A stretch of DNA of 63,963 bases, the filler included, from Octopus bimaculoides (Eukaryota): assembly GCF_001194135.2 (NCBI RefSeq). It is 10 parts of 10 records of this genome, joined end to end, with 100 filler letters (N's around TTAATTAATTAA, not from the genome) between each part and the next. Parts side by side here need not be neighbours in the genome. Positions count along the whole stretch, not along the records: positions 1 to 6,369 come from NC_068981.1; positions 6,470 to 16,726 come from NW_026340776.1; 8 more parts are not named here. One strand, written 5' to 3'. The notes beneath the pieces are model-generated. The model ran no database searches and was not told the DNA's origin. It saw only the letters and a program-made list of their open reading frames with translations. Numbering within the stretch: the stretch's first letter is position 1; the number at the start of each line of letters is the position of its first letter. Shown piece by piece: positions 1 to 12,960 of the stretch. Made by a program: the position numbers and the translations under genes.

Positions 1-254
1 ATATATATATATATAATACAAAGAATATATATGCATATATACACACATATATGTACATACTTACATCTACATGTGTATATAGATGCATATCAGGGTACAG
101 GACGTTAGAACGATGAACTTTAGACAACGGAACGAACACATAGGAAACCGGATAGCCACTTGGAATAATTCCTTCGTCAGCTGCCTCTATTCTAACTAGA
201 CGTTTCGAAGATATATATATATATGTATATATATAAAACGATAAACGTCGCCCT

Positions 255-417
255 TTCAAAGACTAGTCAGTCTCATGGGCACGGTTTGCCGGTTTCTATG
301 GCGTATGTGTTCCCCCCAGCTGGACGGGACGCCAGTCCATCGCAGCGTTACTCAAGAAACAGAAAGAAAGAGTGAGAGAAAGTTGGGGCAAAGGAGTACA
401 ACAGGGGTCACCACCAC
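255..417 (-). mobile_element. SINE fragment (third family, V-SINE-like central motif)
   Basis: Contains ggacgggacgccagtccatcgcagcgttac, resembling the conserved V-SINE-type central segment read on the reverse strand; ends at a gap. Confidence 0.4.
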
Positions 418-778
418 CNNNNNNNNNNATATATGAGAATGGTATATATGTGCGTATGTACGTACGTTCGTATATAGGTATTTATGGATGTATGGATGTA
501 TGGATGTATGCATGTGTGTATATATGTATGTATGCTTGTAATTATGTACGTATTTGTGTATGTATGTAATATTCTTCGATGCGCATTGCAGTCTCTTACG
601 GTAATAATGCTGTCCGTAAAGATTGTCTGTTGGCTACTGACACTAAATGTATTAAGTAATACCATTTACTTAGTGAATCTCACCTAATTATTTCTGTAAA
701 TAGTTTATATATTATTTCGATACGAAATTTACTTCTACCTACTCACTCGAATCGCAATTAATATATTGTAAAACAATG

Positions 779-997
779 ACGGTGAGCCTGCAGAAACGTT
801 AGCATGCCGGGCGAAATGCTTCGCCTTATTTTGTCTGTCTTTACGTTCTGAGTTCAAATTCCTCCGAGGTCGACTTTGATTTTTTTATCGTTTCGGGGTC
901 GATAAATTTAGTACCAATTGTGTACTGGGGTTTATCTAATCGACTGGCCCTCTTCCCCAAAAAATTGTGGGCCCTGTGCCTAGATTAGAAAAGAATA
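779..997 (+). mobile_element. tRNA-derived SINE, family B
   Basis: Head ggtgagcctgcagaaacgttagc, B-box-like gagttcaaattcc, core gaggtcgactttg...cggggtcgataaa and tail ccctgtgcctagattagaaaag; homologous copies recur through the window. Confidence 0.85.
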
Positions 998-2819
998 TAT
1001 TGTAAAAGAGCATAAATTTATATTTCTATCTTTCCACAATCGAAGTGCGGAAGAACTACACAAATAGATTCTCGTATCATTTCTGTAAATCCTACGTCTT
1101 GTTTTTTGCACTTTACTATTTTTAATAAGGGCGAATAATTGTGTGGAATTTTATTTTCTACTCCTCAATCGAAACTTCTCAAGTTTAGTACGTAATTATT
1201 TTAACAAATATCTGTAAAGCGTAAGTTTCCATAAACATGTGATACAACAAGAAGAGAAAGCGCAGTGCAGTTTTATAATGGAAGTTTTGAACCAGAATTC
1301 AATATATCTTGAAGTTTAAATCATATCCAAAACTGCTGTAGGCTCAGTGTATGTTTGTAAGTCTTCAACAAGTTCATAGCTTAATCTCCCAAAATACGAC
1401 GCTAAAATCACACGGATATTCGAAAATCCAGAGACGTTATAGACGTATTCAATATGATTATTGCTTTCATATTTTGTGTGAATACGGAAAATATACCACC
1501 TATTGTATAATTGCTAGAAATGTGTTTTTATCTTCGAGAAATAATAGCATATACTTTCCACTTGGAAGGGAAACACAGGATTTCATGTCATGAGTTCGGG
1601 TCAGCTTGGGTCAGTGCAAATCATTTCTTGTTGTTATCAAGACTTGGAGTCGTTTCGCTGTAAGTTAGATTTTCTAACGACTGTGAATTTTAGATCTTTG
1701 TCACTCTTCACACTTACGGTCAGAAGGATGGATATCGCTGTAGCTTTGTAGTAGTTCCCCGACTCGTCCAATGTTTCATTTACCAGTTTGTATACTTGGA
1801 GTTTTTACACTGCAATTTTTATATGTTCCTCATCACACGACTGTAAGCTGGTGTCCATGGCTATTGAGGTCAAGGGGATGAAGTGCTTCTGCTATTCCTA
1901 GAGTTTTTGCTGATGGAGCTTTTGAAAGGGTGTTTCTTCTCTTTTTGTTGTATTTTGTAGCTATTTTTTCCAGTTCTTCAAAGACGCTCCGATGCGGCAG
2001 TTACCAAATAATTGTAGCTACTAACGATCTTTCCTGCGCCTCATCATTATTTGTCCATGTGCCTTATAATGCAACAGGTCTTTCTTTTATAACTGAAGCC
2101 TCAAGTGTTTTTATGTCTACTCTCTGTAAGCTGAAATGTCAACGTCAAAGGAAACATGAAAGATGGAATAAAGGTAAGATTTAAACTTATTACTGTCGTC
2201 CTCATACCTGGGTGACAAACATAAAACAAATTAAGCAATACAACTATATAACTACATCATAAGATAAAGGGAAGTATTATTCAAACTTAGACAAATGCCA
2301 TAACATAATTATGATCAAAAGCGATTCTTCTATGAAGGAAATAAAATTCATGATCTAATTCCAAGTAAAGCAACTGATGTAGCGTCATTTCATCAACCCT
2401 CTCACGAAATGCCTGCTACTTGTAATATTTTTCGTGTATTTGGAAGCAAAATATAACTTAGAAGTTAAGAAAGTTTTCGAAATGTAACCGTTAAAAATGT
2501 AAACCGTTAGAATCGTTAGTGAATGCTACGGTAGAGTAACGGAGGGTTTCTGTAAGGCAAGGACCGATTTTGTAAAAATAACAGAAGCGAGTTCTTTACA
2601 ATGCCATCAATAATGTGAAAATAATTTGACAATACAAAACAAAGCCTAGAAATTGTGAAATTGAAAGCAACACTATTATGAAATAATTAGTAAAGAACTA
2701 GGCTCTTTGTTTTCACTTCAATCGGTTTCAATTTTCCACTGACATGTGCATCATATTAAATCTGAATACTAGAAAATGTAGGTGATTTATGCTGAGAATC
2801 AGTTTTCTCCATATACATT

Positions 2820-3700
2820 GCTACGAGCATTATACTGTACATTCACAACCAATTGAAAACTACGTTACATTGTCCGACTGGTTAAGATCTCTGAACTTTT
2901 CATGGCACTTAACGTGCTAACCATCTTCAGGACCGCCACACAATATTGATAGTCGAAATTAAGGAAAGCTTTCGACTAATCTAAATGAATCAAGGCCCCA
3001 TAGATGCGAAATTCTTTAGCAAATATTTCTATGATCTACCGCGTTTACAGCAGGTTTTTCTAGATAATTTTATTTGGTATGGTGAATGTCTGTAACTCAC
3101 CTGAGTGAATATCAATGACAAGGGTCAACCTCTCAGTTAAGACCCTGTCAAAATTGTTTGTCTCTGCATTTAGCTGAATGTCGGGAGTTTCTCCCATTCT
3201 ATTGTCCTTTGCAGTAGACATCTGCCAAGAGATATTCGAATAAGCCTGTCATATAAAACTAAATCTCGTCGGTCACACTATCCAGCTCAGGTGATTTCTC
3301 TCCCGTGTAATCACTTCCCTTATATCGCTAGTTCTTGTCAGGATTTCACAGAACTTTACCTGTTCACCGCATTCCAGCACATCTACGGCCCATTCTCTAT
3401 TCGAAAGAGTTGCGCGAAGTGCTATTAAAAAGCGGAATATATCTACTTGGAAACAAATAATACGTTCTCCTGATCCGTTAAGGTGCTAATTGAGGATTTG
3501 CTGCCGCGTTAAATCACTGTCACTCGGGGCCAAACGGCTTTCATTTCCTCATTCCTGAGTGCATGTACCATAGCTTTGATAATACAAAACTTTTGCTTAG
3601 CATTGAAGAACATGTCTTCTCGAAGGTTAATAGCTGGCTATTTTTCTGCCACATTACTTTTTACTAAACCTAATCAAACAGCATATTTCACAGATAACAG
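2820..3700 (-). mobile_element. Tx1/L1-clade LINE reverse transcriptase relic
   Basis: Minus-strand translation across stops and frameshifts gives RVLTERLTLVID...GELQTFTIPNK...GALIHLD*SKAFLNFDYQY..AVLK, matching L1/Tx1 RT domains 2-3 (GALINLDQSKAFDRVDH-type). Confidence 0.75.
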
Positions 3701-3869
3701 CCATCAGTTTTTGACCATTTACTCCTCTCAAATCAATCTGGTTCTCCCATTTTGGCATTCTGCGAAATAGATATTCCGTTTCAAGTAATCAGGCCTCTAA
3801 TTATGCAACCTATCTATGTCGACTTACAAGTCATAAATTTATTGGGATACACTTCGTGGCGCCATCTGT

Positions 3870-4075
3870 ACTGTTGTTCACATTACGGACCACCAGCTTG
3901 CTGTCCTTCTCAAGGATGATCGACCGCATTCCGATGTCCAGAGAATCCTCCCCACACCAGAAAAAGTCAGGCCGAGTAAGAGATGCACAAAAAATTCAAT
4001 CGATTCAGCAGTATACCAAGGCACACATAACGGATATCCTGATCGGATGTTAGATGATGATGATGAGGATGATTA
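3870..4075 (+). mobile_element. Probable RTE-type LINE 3' end with (GAT)n tail
   Basis: Ends in ...ggatgttagatgatgatgatgaggatgat, the same tail type as the RTE copies at 8690 and 11653. Confidence 0.4.
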
Positions 4076-4159
4076 CTATTTCGTATGTCTCCCAATATCA
4101 GGTTAATAATATCAAATTTTTCTCGCATCGAATGCTTTAGTGCTGAAGGCATTTGTTTG

Positions 4160-4640
4160 TTTAATCTTTACTTTTTTCACGAAGGACATCAATTTCTTCT
4201 TAGTTTTTGTATGACTACAATAGTTGGAGTAACTGGGTGTCACTTGCTGATGTCGATTGTGCATCAATCTTTTAATATTGTGTTTATTCATTTTGTCGAG
4301 GTGGAAGATGACCCTCGCAGTGACGTTGTGGATTTGTCTGTGTTAGGTTTGTTGATAGAAAGTATTTAAGTGTTCTTCCGTCCTATACAATAGGCAACTC
4401 GACTTTTCTACACTTCACCGCATCACGCAGCCTCACTCCGTTGTCAGGTGGATATGAACTGACATCCCGGTTTGATTTGAATGAGGACCTTCACTGTGGT
4501 CCTCACCCTTCGTTTCACACCGAGGAATGTCTTATTGTCCTCTAAATTGTTTACGATTACCTTCGTTCGCATTGACTAATGTTTTGTATAAAACGAATCT
4601 TCAATTCTTTAGCATTGAGTTGTATTCTTAGGAATACAAC
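4160..4640 (-). mobile_element. Tx1/L1-like ORF1 (gag-like) relic, copy A
   Basis: SMRTKVIVNNLED..., degenerate knuckle SCLLYRTEEHLNTFY (Cys to Tyr at two positions) at about 4357-4400, and motif KLMSFVKKVKD at 4164-4192; same order as copies B and C. Confidence 0.5.
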
Positions 4641-6413
4641 TTCGAGCATTTCTACCAATTCATTATTTTTCTCTTATATAACATATTTTACGGTCTTCAT
4701 TGTTAATCTTCCCATCTCCACTTGTAAGAATTCAGCATCTAATTATCATGATGTTCATTCCTATTGTTGTTGCTAAATTTCTGCTTCTTGTCTCTGAATA
4801 ACTTATGTTGCTGATACTCACTTGTGCTTTGCGGATAATTATTATTCTTTCTTTGACTTGGCTTCAAACTTTTGTATTATCTCTTCTTTAGCAGTTTCTA
4901 ACCCGTTGTGTCAGATGTTAGAATTTCCTGAAATTTCCATGATGTCTTTCAACGCCTCTGTCTTTTCACATACATTGTTTATTTTTACAAAATCTACACA
5001 CAGAAGCTGTAAAATATATGAGACCTTTTATATTGTTTATATATTCCACTTCGATTATCAATGATTGCCTATCATTCATTTTCAGTGCCTCTCAAATGTA
5101 TTAATTACATTCTCTATTTCTTCACTTATTTAAGCACTGGCGTAATCCACGTTCCTTTCTGGAATTACTTTCTACAAATGTCTCACCTCGCACTTTGTTA
5201 CCCTTCTTTTGATATTTTTGTTCATACATTGGAGCTGTGTAATCATTTTCTTTATATTTAACTTGGGTGGACATTGTTTTCTCATTATTAGGTTTCATTG
5301 ATATAGAAAACAATTTTCTGGTTATTAGAACATGTTATTCTGTGCTCACATTTAAATATTTCCATTTTGTATTCCATTTCGCCAGCTACACATCACTACT
5401 AAAATTCCATGACAATTTTCTTTTTATTTTGCCACCGTGTTCATCAAATATTTGGTCAGTTGCGAGGAATGTGCTTTTTGCTTTTCGGTCACCCTGAAAT
5501 ACAAGAACTTTCTAAGGGTGGATGAACTTCGAAGAGTCAACGGCCATCCAAATAATAACTCATTCACCATTCACCAGGTGCGGTGCACTGAATACTGGGG
5601 TTTTGTGTCCAGCGCAGGATAGCTCACTTAAACTTCTAAGGGGAGAATGGCGTCTCTGAGTCTTTTTAGACAAGTCCCACTAGAGATGGTGTCTCGATGA
5701 AAATACTGGTGGTTGTGACACCTTATCAACACTTTGCTTTGCATGAGAGTCATGAATAATAGAATTAACACAAACAACATCGCAAATAAGGACGGAACAA
5801 CAGGTAACTGATTTTCGTCTGCCAGGTACCTTGTGGTGAGAAGCACACGCCCGGTCATCATTATACGGTTTCTAGAACTAAATGGACTAAGACGATGAAT
5901 ATAGCTGTCATAGAATGTTATTTTTTGAGCAGATCCACTTATAATGAAGAGAGACACATAAGAGGATATAGAAAGAGGATACATACATATGAATGGAAAA
6001 TCAGGGCTCAGATATTGCGGACCAGAAACTCTGTGACCAGGTAAGAGGAATAAGGAAGAAGAGATGGGTTACAGTACTAGAGTACGATGTGATTAGGAAG
6101 AGGGTGATGACTGAAAACACGGGAGTGAGGCAGAATTAGATACAGCGAATGTTGACGATGCTGCACTTAACTAGGAGAGGTATGTCTCAAGCCCTGAGTG
6201 TAGAGAAGAACTAAATAATAAAGACAAAGGAATGGTGGAAAAGATTACTAGTATCATTGAGTAAAACCTGGATACGGAAAGAAATGGATTCAGGAAAGTA
6301 AATAGTAATATGCTCAGTGGGTGAAACCTTAACGTGAATAAAATACTGAAAAAATGAAGACAAATAATANNNNNNNNNNNNNNNNNNNNNNNNNNNNNNN
6401 NNNNNNNNNNNNN

Positions 6414-6425
6414 TTAATTAATTAA
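6414..6425. other. Assembly linker TTAATTAATTAA within an N run (also 16771, 36888, 47674, 49664, 52080, 54333, 58088, 62858)
   Basis: The identical palindromic 12-mer, with stops in all six frames, is centred between two ~44-N runs nine times; a scaffolding artefact. Confidence 0.95.
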
Positions 6426-6699
6426 NNNNNNNNNNNNNNNNNNNNNNNNNNNNNNNNNNNNNNNNNNNNGGAAGTAGAGAAAATGATTGCAGCCAAATTG
6501 AAAAAATGCTGTTGTGGACAGATAAGCGGGATCCAACAGAAATGAAAATAGAATTATAAGAAAAACTATAAAGATTATAAATTATAAACAAAATTAAAAA
6601 TTTGTACACTTTTCACACATATTAAATATGATAAATATACAATGGAGAATGAAAAATTATAAGCATTCTTGTTTTCTCAATGTATTTACACAAAAGCAG

Positions 6700-7355
6700 G
6701 AGATAAACAAGTATGTCACTCTTCTATGTAGTCTCCTTCCTTTTCAATGCACTCGGTCCAATGGTCCACAAGCTTGTGTATTCCCTCTGAGAAGAAGGTT
6801 TGCAGTTGGTCATGTAGCCATTTGTGCACTACTTCCTTCATATCTTCATCTGTAGGAAATTGATGACCTCTTAAATCATCTTTGAGCAGTCCAATGATAT
6901 GATAGTTGGAAGGGGCAAGATCTGGGCTGTAAGCAGGGTGTTCCAGCACCTCAAAACCCAATTAGTTAATGGTTTCAACAGTCTGGGTGGCCATGTGTAG
7001 CCATGCATTGTCATGCAACAACAAAACTTTCTTCAACAATAGGCTTTGGCATTTGGTGCGAATTGCTGGCTTCAGTTTGTTGACCAGCAAAACACTGCAT
7101 CTTGCACTGTTGATTGTACACCCCTATTCCTGAGAAATCAGATCACTGCTCTTTGTTCTTCTTTGGTGCACATTACTAGTGGAATGGCCATGCTTACATT
7201 GTAAAGCCAGAAAGAAAAATGGTGCAATCAGGCTCAGACTTCGATCATGTGACCACTATAGTACCAACTATAAGCACACACGTGCAGAAGGATGTATGAC
7301 AATGATAAAGATATGTTATGGCGAAAGTGAAGATAATTTTTGACTTCCCCTCGTA
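6700..7355 (-). mobile_element. Mariner (DD34D-type) transposon relic, internally deleted
   Basis: ORF 6716-6961 reads HPAYSPDLAPSNYH...WTECIEKEGDYIE (mariner YSPDLAP motif and C-terminus); TIR-like end tgacttcccctcgTA at 7341-7355. Confidence 0.9.
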
Positions 7356-7419
7356 AATAAAAGTGAGTTTTTAAGAAAATTGTCCAATTTCACTGAAATA
7401 GTTAACTCTGGGACATCCT

Positions 7420-7625
7420 ATTTATACTTGTTTCAGTCACTGGACTATGGCCATACTGGGGCATTGCCTTACTCAAACAAACTGATCCAAGTACTTATGT
7501 TTTCGTTTTCTGAAATCCAGTATTTGTTCTATTGGTGTTTTATGCTGAACTGCTAAGTTATGGGGACATAAACAAACCAACACCTGTTGTCAAATGATGG
7601 TGAGGGAGAAACAACACACACACAC
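7420..7625 (-). mobile_element. SINE family A, 3' half (degenerate)
   Basis: acttgtttcagtcactggactatggccatactgg...gctgaactgctaagttatggggacataaac matches the family A 3' module. Confidence 0.75.
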
Positions 7626-7805
7626 AGATATTTGTGTGCGTGTAATATATATGTATGTATGAGATATTCAATGTTTTTTACCACTTGGAATTGTGAAGTT
7701 GAGGATGCTATCCTGCAGCTAATGACCATATAAACAAAACACATACGCTATGCATGTGACATTCATAAGGTTTACATTATTAGAGCTGCCTTTTTTTTAA
7801 AGCAA

Positions 7806-7995
7806 CGAGCTGCAGAATGGTGTGCACATCAGGCAAAATGCTTAGCATTTCATCTGTCTTTATGTTTTCAGTTCAAATTCTGCCAATGTCAGCTTTGTCT
7901 TTCATTCTCTCAGGGGAGATAAGATACGTTGAATATGAAGATCAATGTAATTCCCCTGAAAATGCTGGCCTTGTGCCAAAATCTGAAGCTATTAT
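7806..7995 (+). mobile_element. SINE family B (degenerate, CpG-depleted)
   Basis: gagctgcagaatgg...aaatgcttagc...cagttcaaattctgcc...ggccttgtgccaaaatctgaa. Confidence 0.75.
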
Positions 7996-8307
7996 TGGAG
8001 TTGCTTTCAGTTCAAACTTTAATATTGTTTCCCTTGTGCTATGCCTTAGCACACCAGCAAATAGACTTTATACTATCTGCATATAAGTCTCAGACAAGCA
8101 AATCACTTCCTTTTGAGGTTGGACAAGTGTACAGTGATGACAAGACAACAAACTATCGATTTCTACCATTCTCATTCATCTATGGGTTGAGTTGATATAT
8201 TCAATGTTTGTTAACCCTTGCCAGGAAGATGGGACGTTTCCCCAGGATGCTATCCCACAGTTAATGGGCATAGAAACAAAACGCATACACTATGTATGTG
8301 ACATCAG

Positions 8308-8354
<47 letters not shown>

Positions 8355-8355
<1 letters not shown>

Positions 8356-8653
8356 TTATTCTTTTCTTTTACTTGTTTCAGTCATTTTAACTGTGGCCAT
8401 GCTGGTGCACCGCCTTTAGTCGAACAAATTGAACATATTCTATCAGTCGCTTTTGCTGAGCCGCTAATGTTTCGGGGACATAAACACACCAATATCAGTT
8501 GTCAAATGATGGTTGGGAGACAAACACAGACACACAAATACACACCTATATATATTTGGTCAGCTCAAGGCTATAGTAGAAGACACTTGCCATGCAGTGG
8601 GATTGAATCTGGAACCATGTTGTTGGGAAGCGATCTTCTTACCACACAGCCAC
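8355..8653 (-). mobile_element. tRNA-derived SINE family A
   Basis: Tail ttttacttgtttcagtc, ggccatgctggtgcaccgcctttagtcga, internal (CA)n, and reverse of the head (accacacagccac). Confidence 0.85.
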
Positions 8654-8689
8654 TTCTGAGCCTATATATATATATATATATATATATAT

Positions 8690-10742
8690 CTTCATCATCA
8701 TCATCATCATCATCATCGTCGTCGTCGTCATTTAACGTCCGTTTTCCATGCTAGAATGGATTGGATGATTTGACTGAGGACTGGTGGACCAGGAGGTGAC
8801 ACCAGGGTCCAATCTGATTTGGCAGAGTTTCTACAGCTGGATGCCCTTCCTAATGCTAATCACTCCGGAGTGTAGTGGGTGCTTTTACGTGCCACCGGCA
8901 TGAGGGCCAGTCAGGCGGGTACTGGCAACAGCCACGCTCAAAATTGTGTATTACGTGTCACCTGCACAGGAGCCAGTCCAGGGGCACTGGCAACGATCTC
9001 GCTCGATTGACTTTTTCACGTGTCACTGGCACAAGTGCCAGCAAGGCGACGTTGATAATGATCATGCTGGTGCTATTTATGTGCCACCAGCACGGAAGCC
9101 AGACAGCTGCTCTGGCAACGATCACGCTCGGACGGTGCTCTTAATGCGCCACTGGTACAGGTGCCATCATGATTTCGCTTTCGCTTGCCTCAACAGGTCT
9201 TCGCAAGCCGAGTTTAGTGTTCCTACAAATATTGTTCGATTTCGATTTCGATTTCATTTGCCTCACCATGTCTTCACAAACAGAGTTTAGTGTCCAATGA
9301 AGGAATGTTACGCGTAAGTGGGCTGGCTACATACCTGGCAGAGGCCTTNNNNNNNNNNNNNNNNNNNNNNNNNNNNNNNNNNNNNNNNNNNNNNNNNNNN
9401 NNNNNNNNNNNNNNNNNNNNNNNNNNNNNNNNNNNNNNNNNNNNNNNNNNNNNNNNNNNNNNNNNNNNNNNNNNNNNNNNNNNNNNNNNNNNNNNNNNNN
9501 NNNNNNNNNNNNNNNNNNNNNNNNNNNNNNNNNNNNNNNNNNNNNNNNNNNNNNNNNNNNNNNNNNNNNNNNNNNNNNNNNNNNNNNNNNNNNNNNNNNN
9601 NNNNNNNNNNNNNNNNNNNNNNNNNNNNNNNNNNNNNNNNNNNNNNNNNNNNNNNNNNNNNNNNNNNNNNNNNNNNNNNNNNNNNNNNNNNNNNNNNNNN
9701 NNNNNNNNNNNNNNNNNNNNNNNNNNNNNNNNNNNNNNNNNNNNNNNNNNNNNNNNNNNNNNNNNNNNNNNNNNNNNAGAGAGACCCTTTGTCATCAGCA
9801 GAGGTAAGAGCTCTCTGAACTTTGCCTAGGCTATTCTTATTCTAGCAGCTACACTTTCAGTGCACCCACCCCCACTACTAACTTGGTCACCCAGGTAGCG
9901 GAAGCTATCAACTATGTCTAGTTTTTCTCCCTGGAATGAGAGAGAAGTTGTTTTCTGCATATTTACAGTGTTTATTGCACCTGAACATCTGCCACATACA
10001 AAAACTAACTTCCTAGTTAACCTTCCTTTGATATTGCTGCACCTCTTATGTGTCCATAACTTGCACTTGTTGCATCTTATACAGTTTCTGCCTATGCCTT
10101 TTCTACAGATCGAGCAGGGCCATCTACCTGAAGTGGTTTGTGTTTTCTCTACCTTTCTACTTATTAGGACTTTGGTTTTAGCTAGGTTGACTCTAAGGCC
10201 CTTCAATTCTAATCGTTGCTTCCACACCTGAAACTTCTCCTCTAGTTCTGATAGTGACTCAGCAATTAGTGCAAGGTCGTCAGCATAGAGGCACTCCCAG
10301 GGGCATCCTGTCTTGAATTCCTCTGTGATCGCCTGGAGGACTATGATGAATAGGAAGGGGCTGAGGACAGAACTTTGGTGGACCCCTACCTCTACGCGGA
10401 ATTCTTCACTATACTCATTGCCAACCCTCACCTTACTGACAGCGTCTCTGTACATGGCTCACACAGCTCTCACTAACCATTCTTCTATCCCTACTTTCCT
10501 CATTGACCACAAGATAAGGGATCGGGGGACCCTGTCAAAGGCTTTCTCCATGTCAACAAAAGCCAGGTACAGAGGTTTATCTTTGGCTAGGTATTTCTCC
10601 TGCAGCTGTCTTACCAGAAATATAGCATCAGTGGTGCTTTTCCCTGGCATGAACCCAAACTGCATCACATCTAAGCTGACTCGCTCCCTAATTAGTTGGG
10701 CTATGACCCTCTCCATGACTTTCATTACCTGATCTAACAACT
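8690..10742 (-). mobile_element. RTE-clade LINE, 5'-truncated: RT with embedded PHD finger, 3' UTR and (GAT)n tail; gap at 9348-9777
   Basis: ORFs 10459-10836 and 9826-10455 give QFGFMPGKSTTDAIF, AFVDMEKAFDRVPR, GVHQSSVLSPFLF, LYADDL, NLAKTKVL and FRYLG; tail reads (cat)n on +; TA repeats on both flanks. Confidence 0.95.
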
Positions 10743-11652
10743 TGATATATATATAGTAAACAACAGGTTGTATGGTGTTCTTGACAAATAAATCAAGGGA
10801 TGAACAGAAAGAACACACCAAGGAGACATCCAACAAAAAATAACATAAGAAAAATTAGACAATAACATAACAAATGGGAAATTGGACAAAAACAACATAC
10901 ACAGACCATTCACAGGTGATTTCTGCATCAGTCAATGTCTGGAATGTCATAGCAATTTCATGCTTTTTAATATTGAGACCACTCAATTCTGGTAAGTGCC
11001 AGAGCATTAAACCTTTGGGAAAAGCAAATGTATGTATACAAGAAGAAAAACAAGAACAAAAAAGCTAAAAGTACATATATAATACAACGTGATGAAATAA
11101 TAATACAAGTGCAACAGAAAGAGAATTAATTATACATATACAACAGAAAAATGTCTTTTGGTTATATAGAATGAGGAAAATAATTATACATTTACAGCAT
11201 AACAGGAAGGGTCTTTCGTGTATCAGATGAACATAGTAGGCTGGTGCAAAGGAGAAATGGAAAACTTCAACAGACTGAGCAGGAGAACAGGCAAATTTGA
11301 CCAGACTGGACGGCAGCTGGTCGCAAAAGAACAGCAACGCACTGACCAGACACCAATCACGTGGTAGGAGAGAAAAGTTGTAGAGGGCAGAGAGATTATA
11401 GAATGAGGGAAAGAGGGACTAAGGAATAAGAGAGAGAGAGAAAAGAAATCAGAGGGACTAAAGAACAAGAAGGAGGGAAAAAGAGAGAGATAGACAGACA
11501 GAAACAAAAGGAAGGAACAAGGGAGACAAATAAGGAAGGAAAGAGATAGTAAGGGTTGTACATAAATATTGAAGGAATATTTTTTACAAAGTAAGCAACA
11601 GGAAGTATGGTGCATCGCTTGGATAAATCAAGGCTCAAGCAGAAAGAACACA

Positions 11653-11830
11653 ACATCACCATCATCATCATCATGATTTAACGTCTGTTTTCCATGTTGT
11701 CATGAGTTTAATGATTTGACAGGGGCTGGTTAGGCAGAAAACTGCACCAGGCTCCACTGTTCTGGCAGGGTTTATGCAGCTGGATGCCCTTCCTAACATC
11801 AACTACTTCACAGAGTGGACTGACTGCCAG
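11653..11830 (-). mobile_element. RTE 3' UTR fragment with (CAT)n tail
   Basis: catcatcatgatttaacgtctgttttccatg...cagctggatgcccttcctaa matches 8700-8860. Confidence 0.75.
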
Positions 11831-11944
11831 CTCCTATCAAACTCTACAACTGCTAGCATGGAAAATGGACATCAACTAATGGTGGTTGTGATGGTGATGA
11901 TGATAATATGTGTGTGTGTGTATATACATATATATGTATGTGTT

Positions 11945-12155
11945 TGTGTTAGTTCCTGGCCACTGCTTGATAACGTGTGTTGGTTTGTTTACATCCTAAT
12001 AACTTTGTGATTTCAGCAAAAGAGACTGACAGAACAAGTACCAGATTGAAAAATAAATTGTAGGGGTTGATTTTTTTCAACAAAACCCTTTAAGGTGATG
12101 CCCCAGCATGGCCACAGTCCAATGACATAAATGAATAAACAATAAAAGATAAATA
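11945..12155 (+). mobile_element. SINE family A, 3' half
   Basis: ctgcttgataac...gatttcagcaaaagagactgacagaacaagtacc...gccccagcatggccacagtccaatgac. Confidence 0.75.
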
Positions 12156-12782
12156 GTTGAAAACTTTATACACAATTCTATATTTCAGATCCTCTGATCC
12201 CTTCCTAGGGTTAGCTAAACTGAAACACAATATTCATCCTACCCTTCCATCCATCCTTTCCACACAATATTCCTGGCTATGTCTTGCTGGTAGAATCCTC
12301 AGGCCCTTCCTCCATAGGGTCTTATCAGAAGCAATCAACATTACATTTTCCTGCTGGGTCCCTGTTCTGAAAGGATTCCAACCACTCCTCAAGGGACTAA
12401 AAAGTGGACTGACTCATTGTTATAAAACAAAGAACTGTGAGCGATTGGCAGTTTGGGTTGATAGCAGTTCACTGTGAGCCGTTCATGTAGAGCAATGAGT
12501 CTTGTGTCATAGTAATAGTAGTGCATTGTGTATATACTTTCTTCCCCCCTCCTTTGTTATATTATATATCCAATACAAGGATATAAAGTTCCCAAACATA
12601 ACCAAATGAGACTATGGATATTATCCAACTACCACATTCTTGGTCTATTGCTATGTCTGCTTCCAGTTCAGCTCGACTTGAAGAATCTGTCATGCGATTC
12701 TTTCCTGTGACATTTTAATTGCATGCCTTTAGTACCAGTGCTGTGACCTGTTAATGTAGCAACTTGACCTGGAGAGACCCCT

Positions 12783-12960
12783 TGGGGTGCTGAAAAGTTC
12801 CTGGCTTTAAGGGTATCATGAACGACCTGGCTAGAGGCCCAACCTTCCAAGTTCTTTTACAAAGATTAGAAAATCTGAAGGGCCACTGCAATAAGTGTGT
12901 GAATCTGGGAGGGGGGATATGTTAATTAAAATCATAACTGATCCTTTTTAGCACCCTCTC
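12783..12960 (+). mobile_element. Mariner-derived MITE
   Basis: Starts gggtgctgaaaag and ends ctttttagcaccc (imperfect TIRs); retains a transposase C-terminus remnant (aagtgtgtgaatctggga...gatatgtt); reverse copy at 59288-59403. Confidence 0.7.

Noticed and set aside
160-210. Hammerhead-like words on the minus strand (CGAAACGTC ... CTGACGA)
   Set aside because: Permuted order and no convincing stem I; at most a fragment of a PLE-like repeat.
4640-6350. Possible decayed APE endonuclease and coiled-coil linker of a LINE on the minus strand
   Set aside because: Only vague motif resemblance across many stops; needs a profile search (tBLASTn/nhmmer against Dfam or Repbase) before it can be called.
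10900-11030. Alternative minus-strand exon (ttttcccaaag|GLMLWHLPELSGLNIKKHEIAMTFQTL...)
   Set aside because: Good acceptor but ambiguous donor; overlaps an equally plausible + exon and conflicts with the strand of the stronger exon at 13765. Cannot be decided without RNA data.
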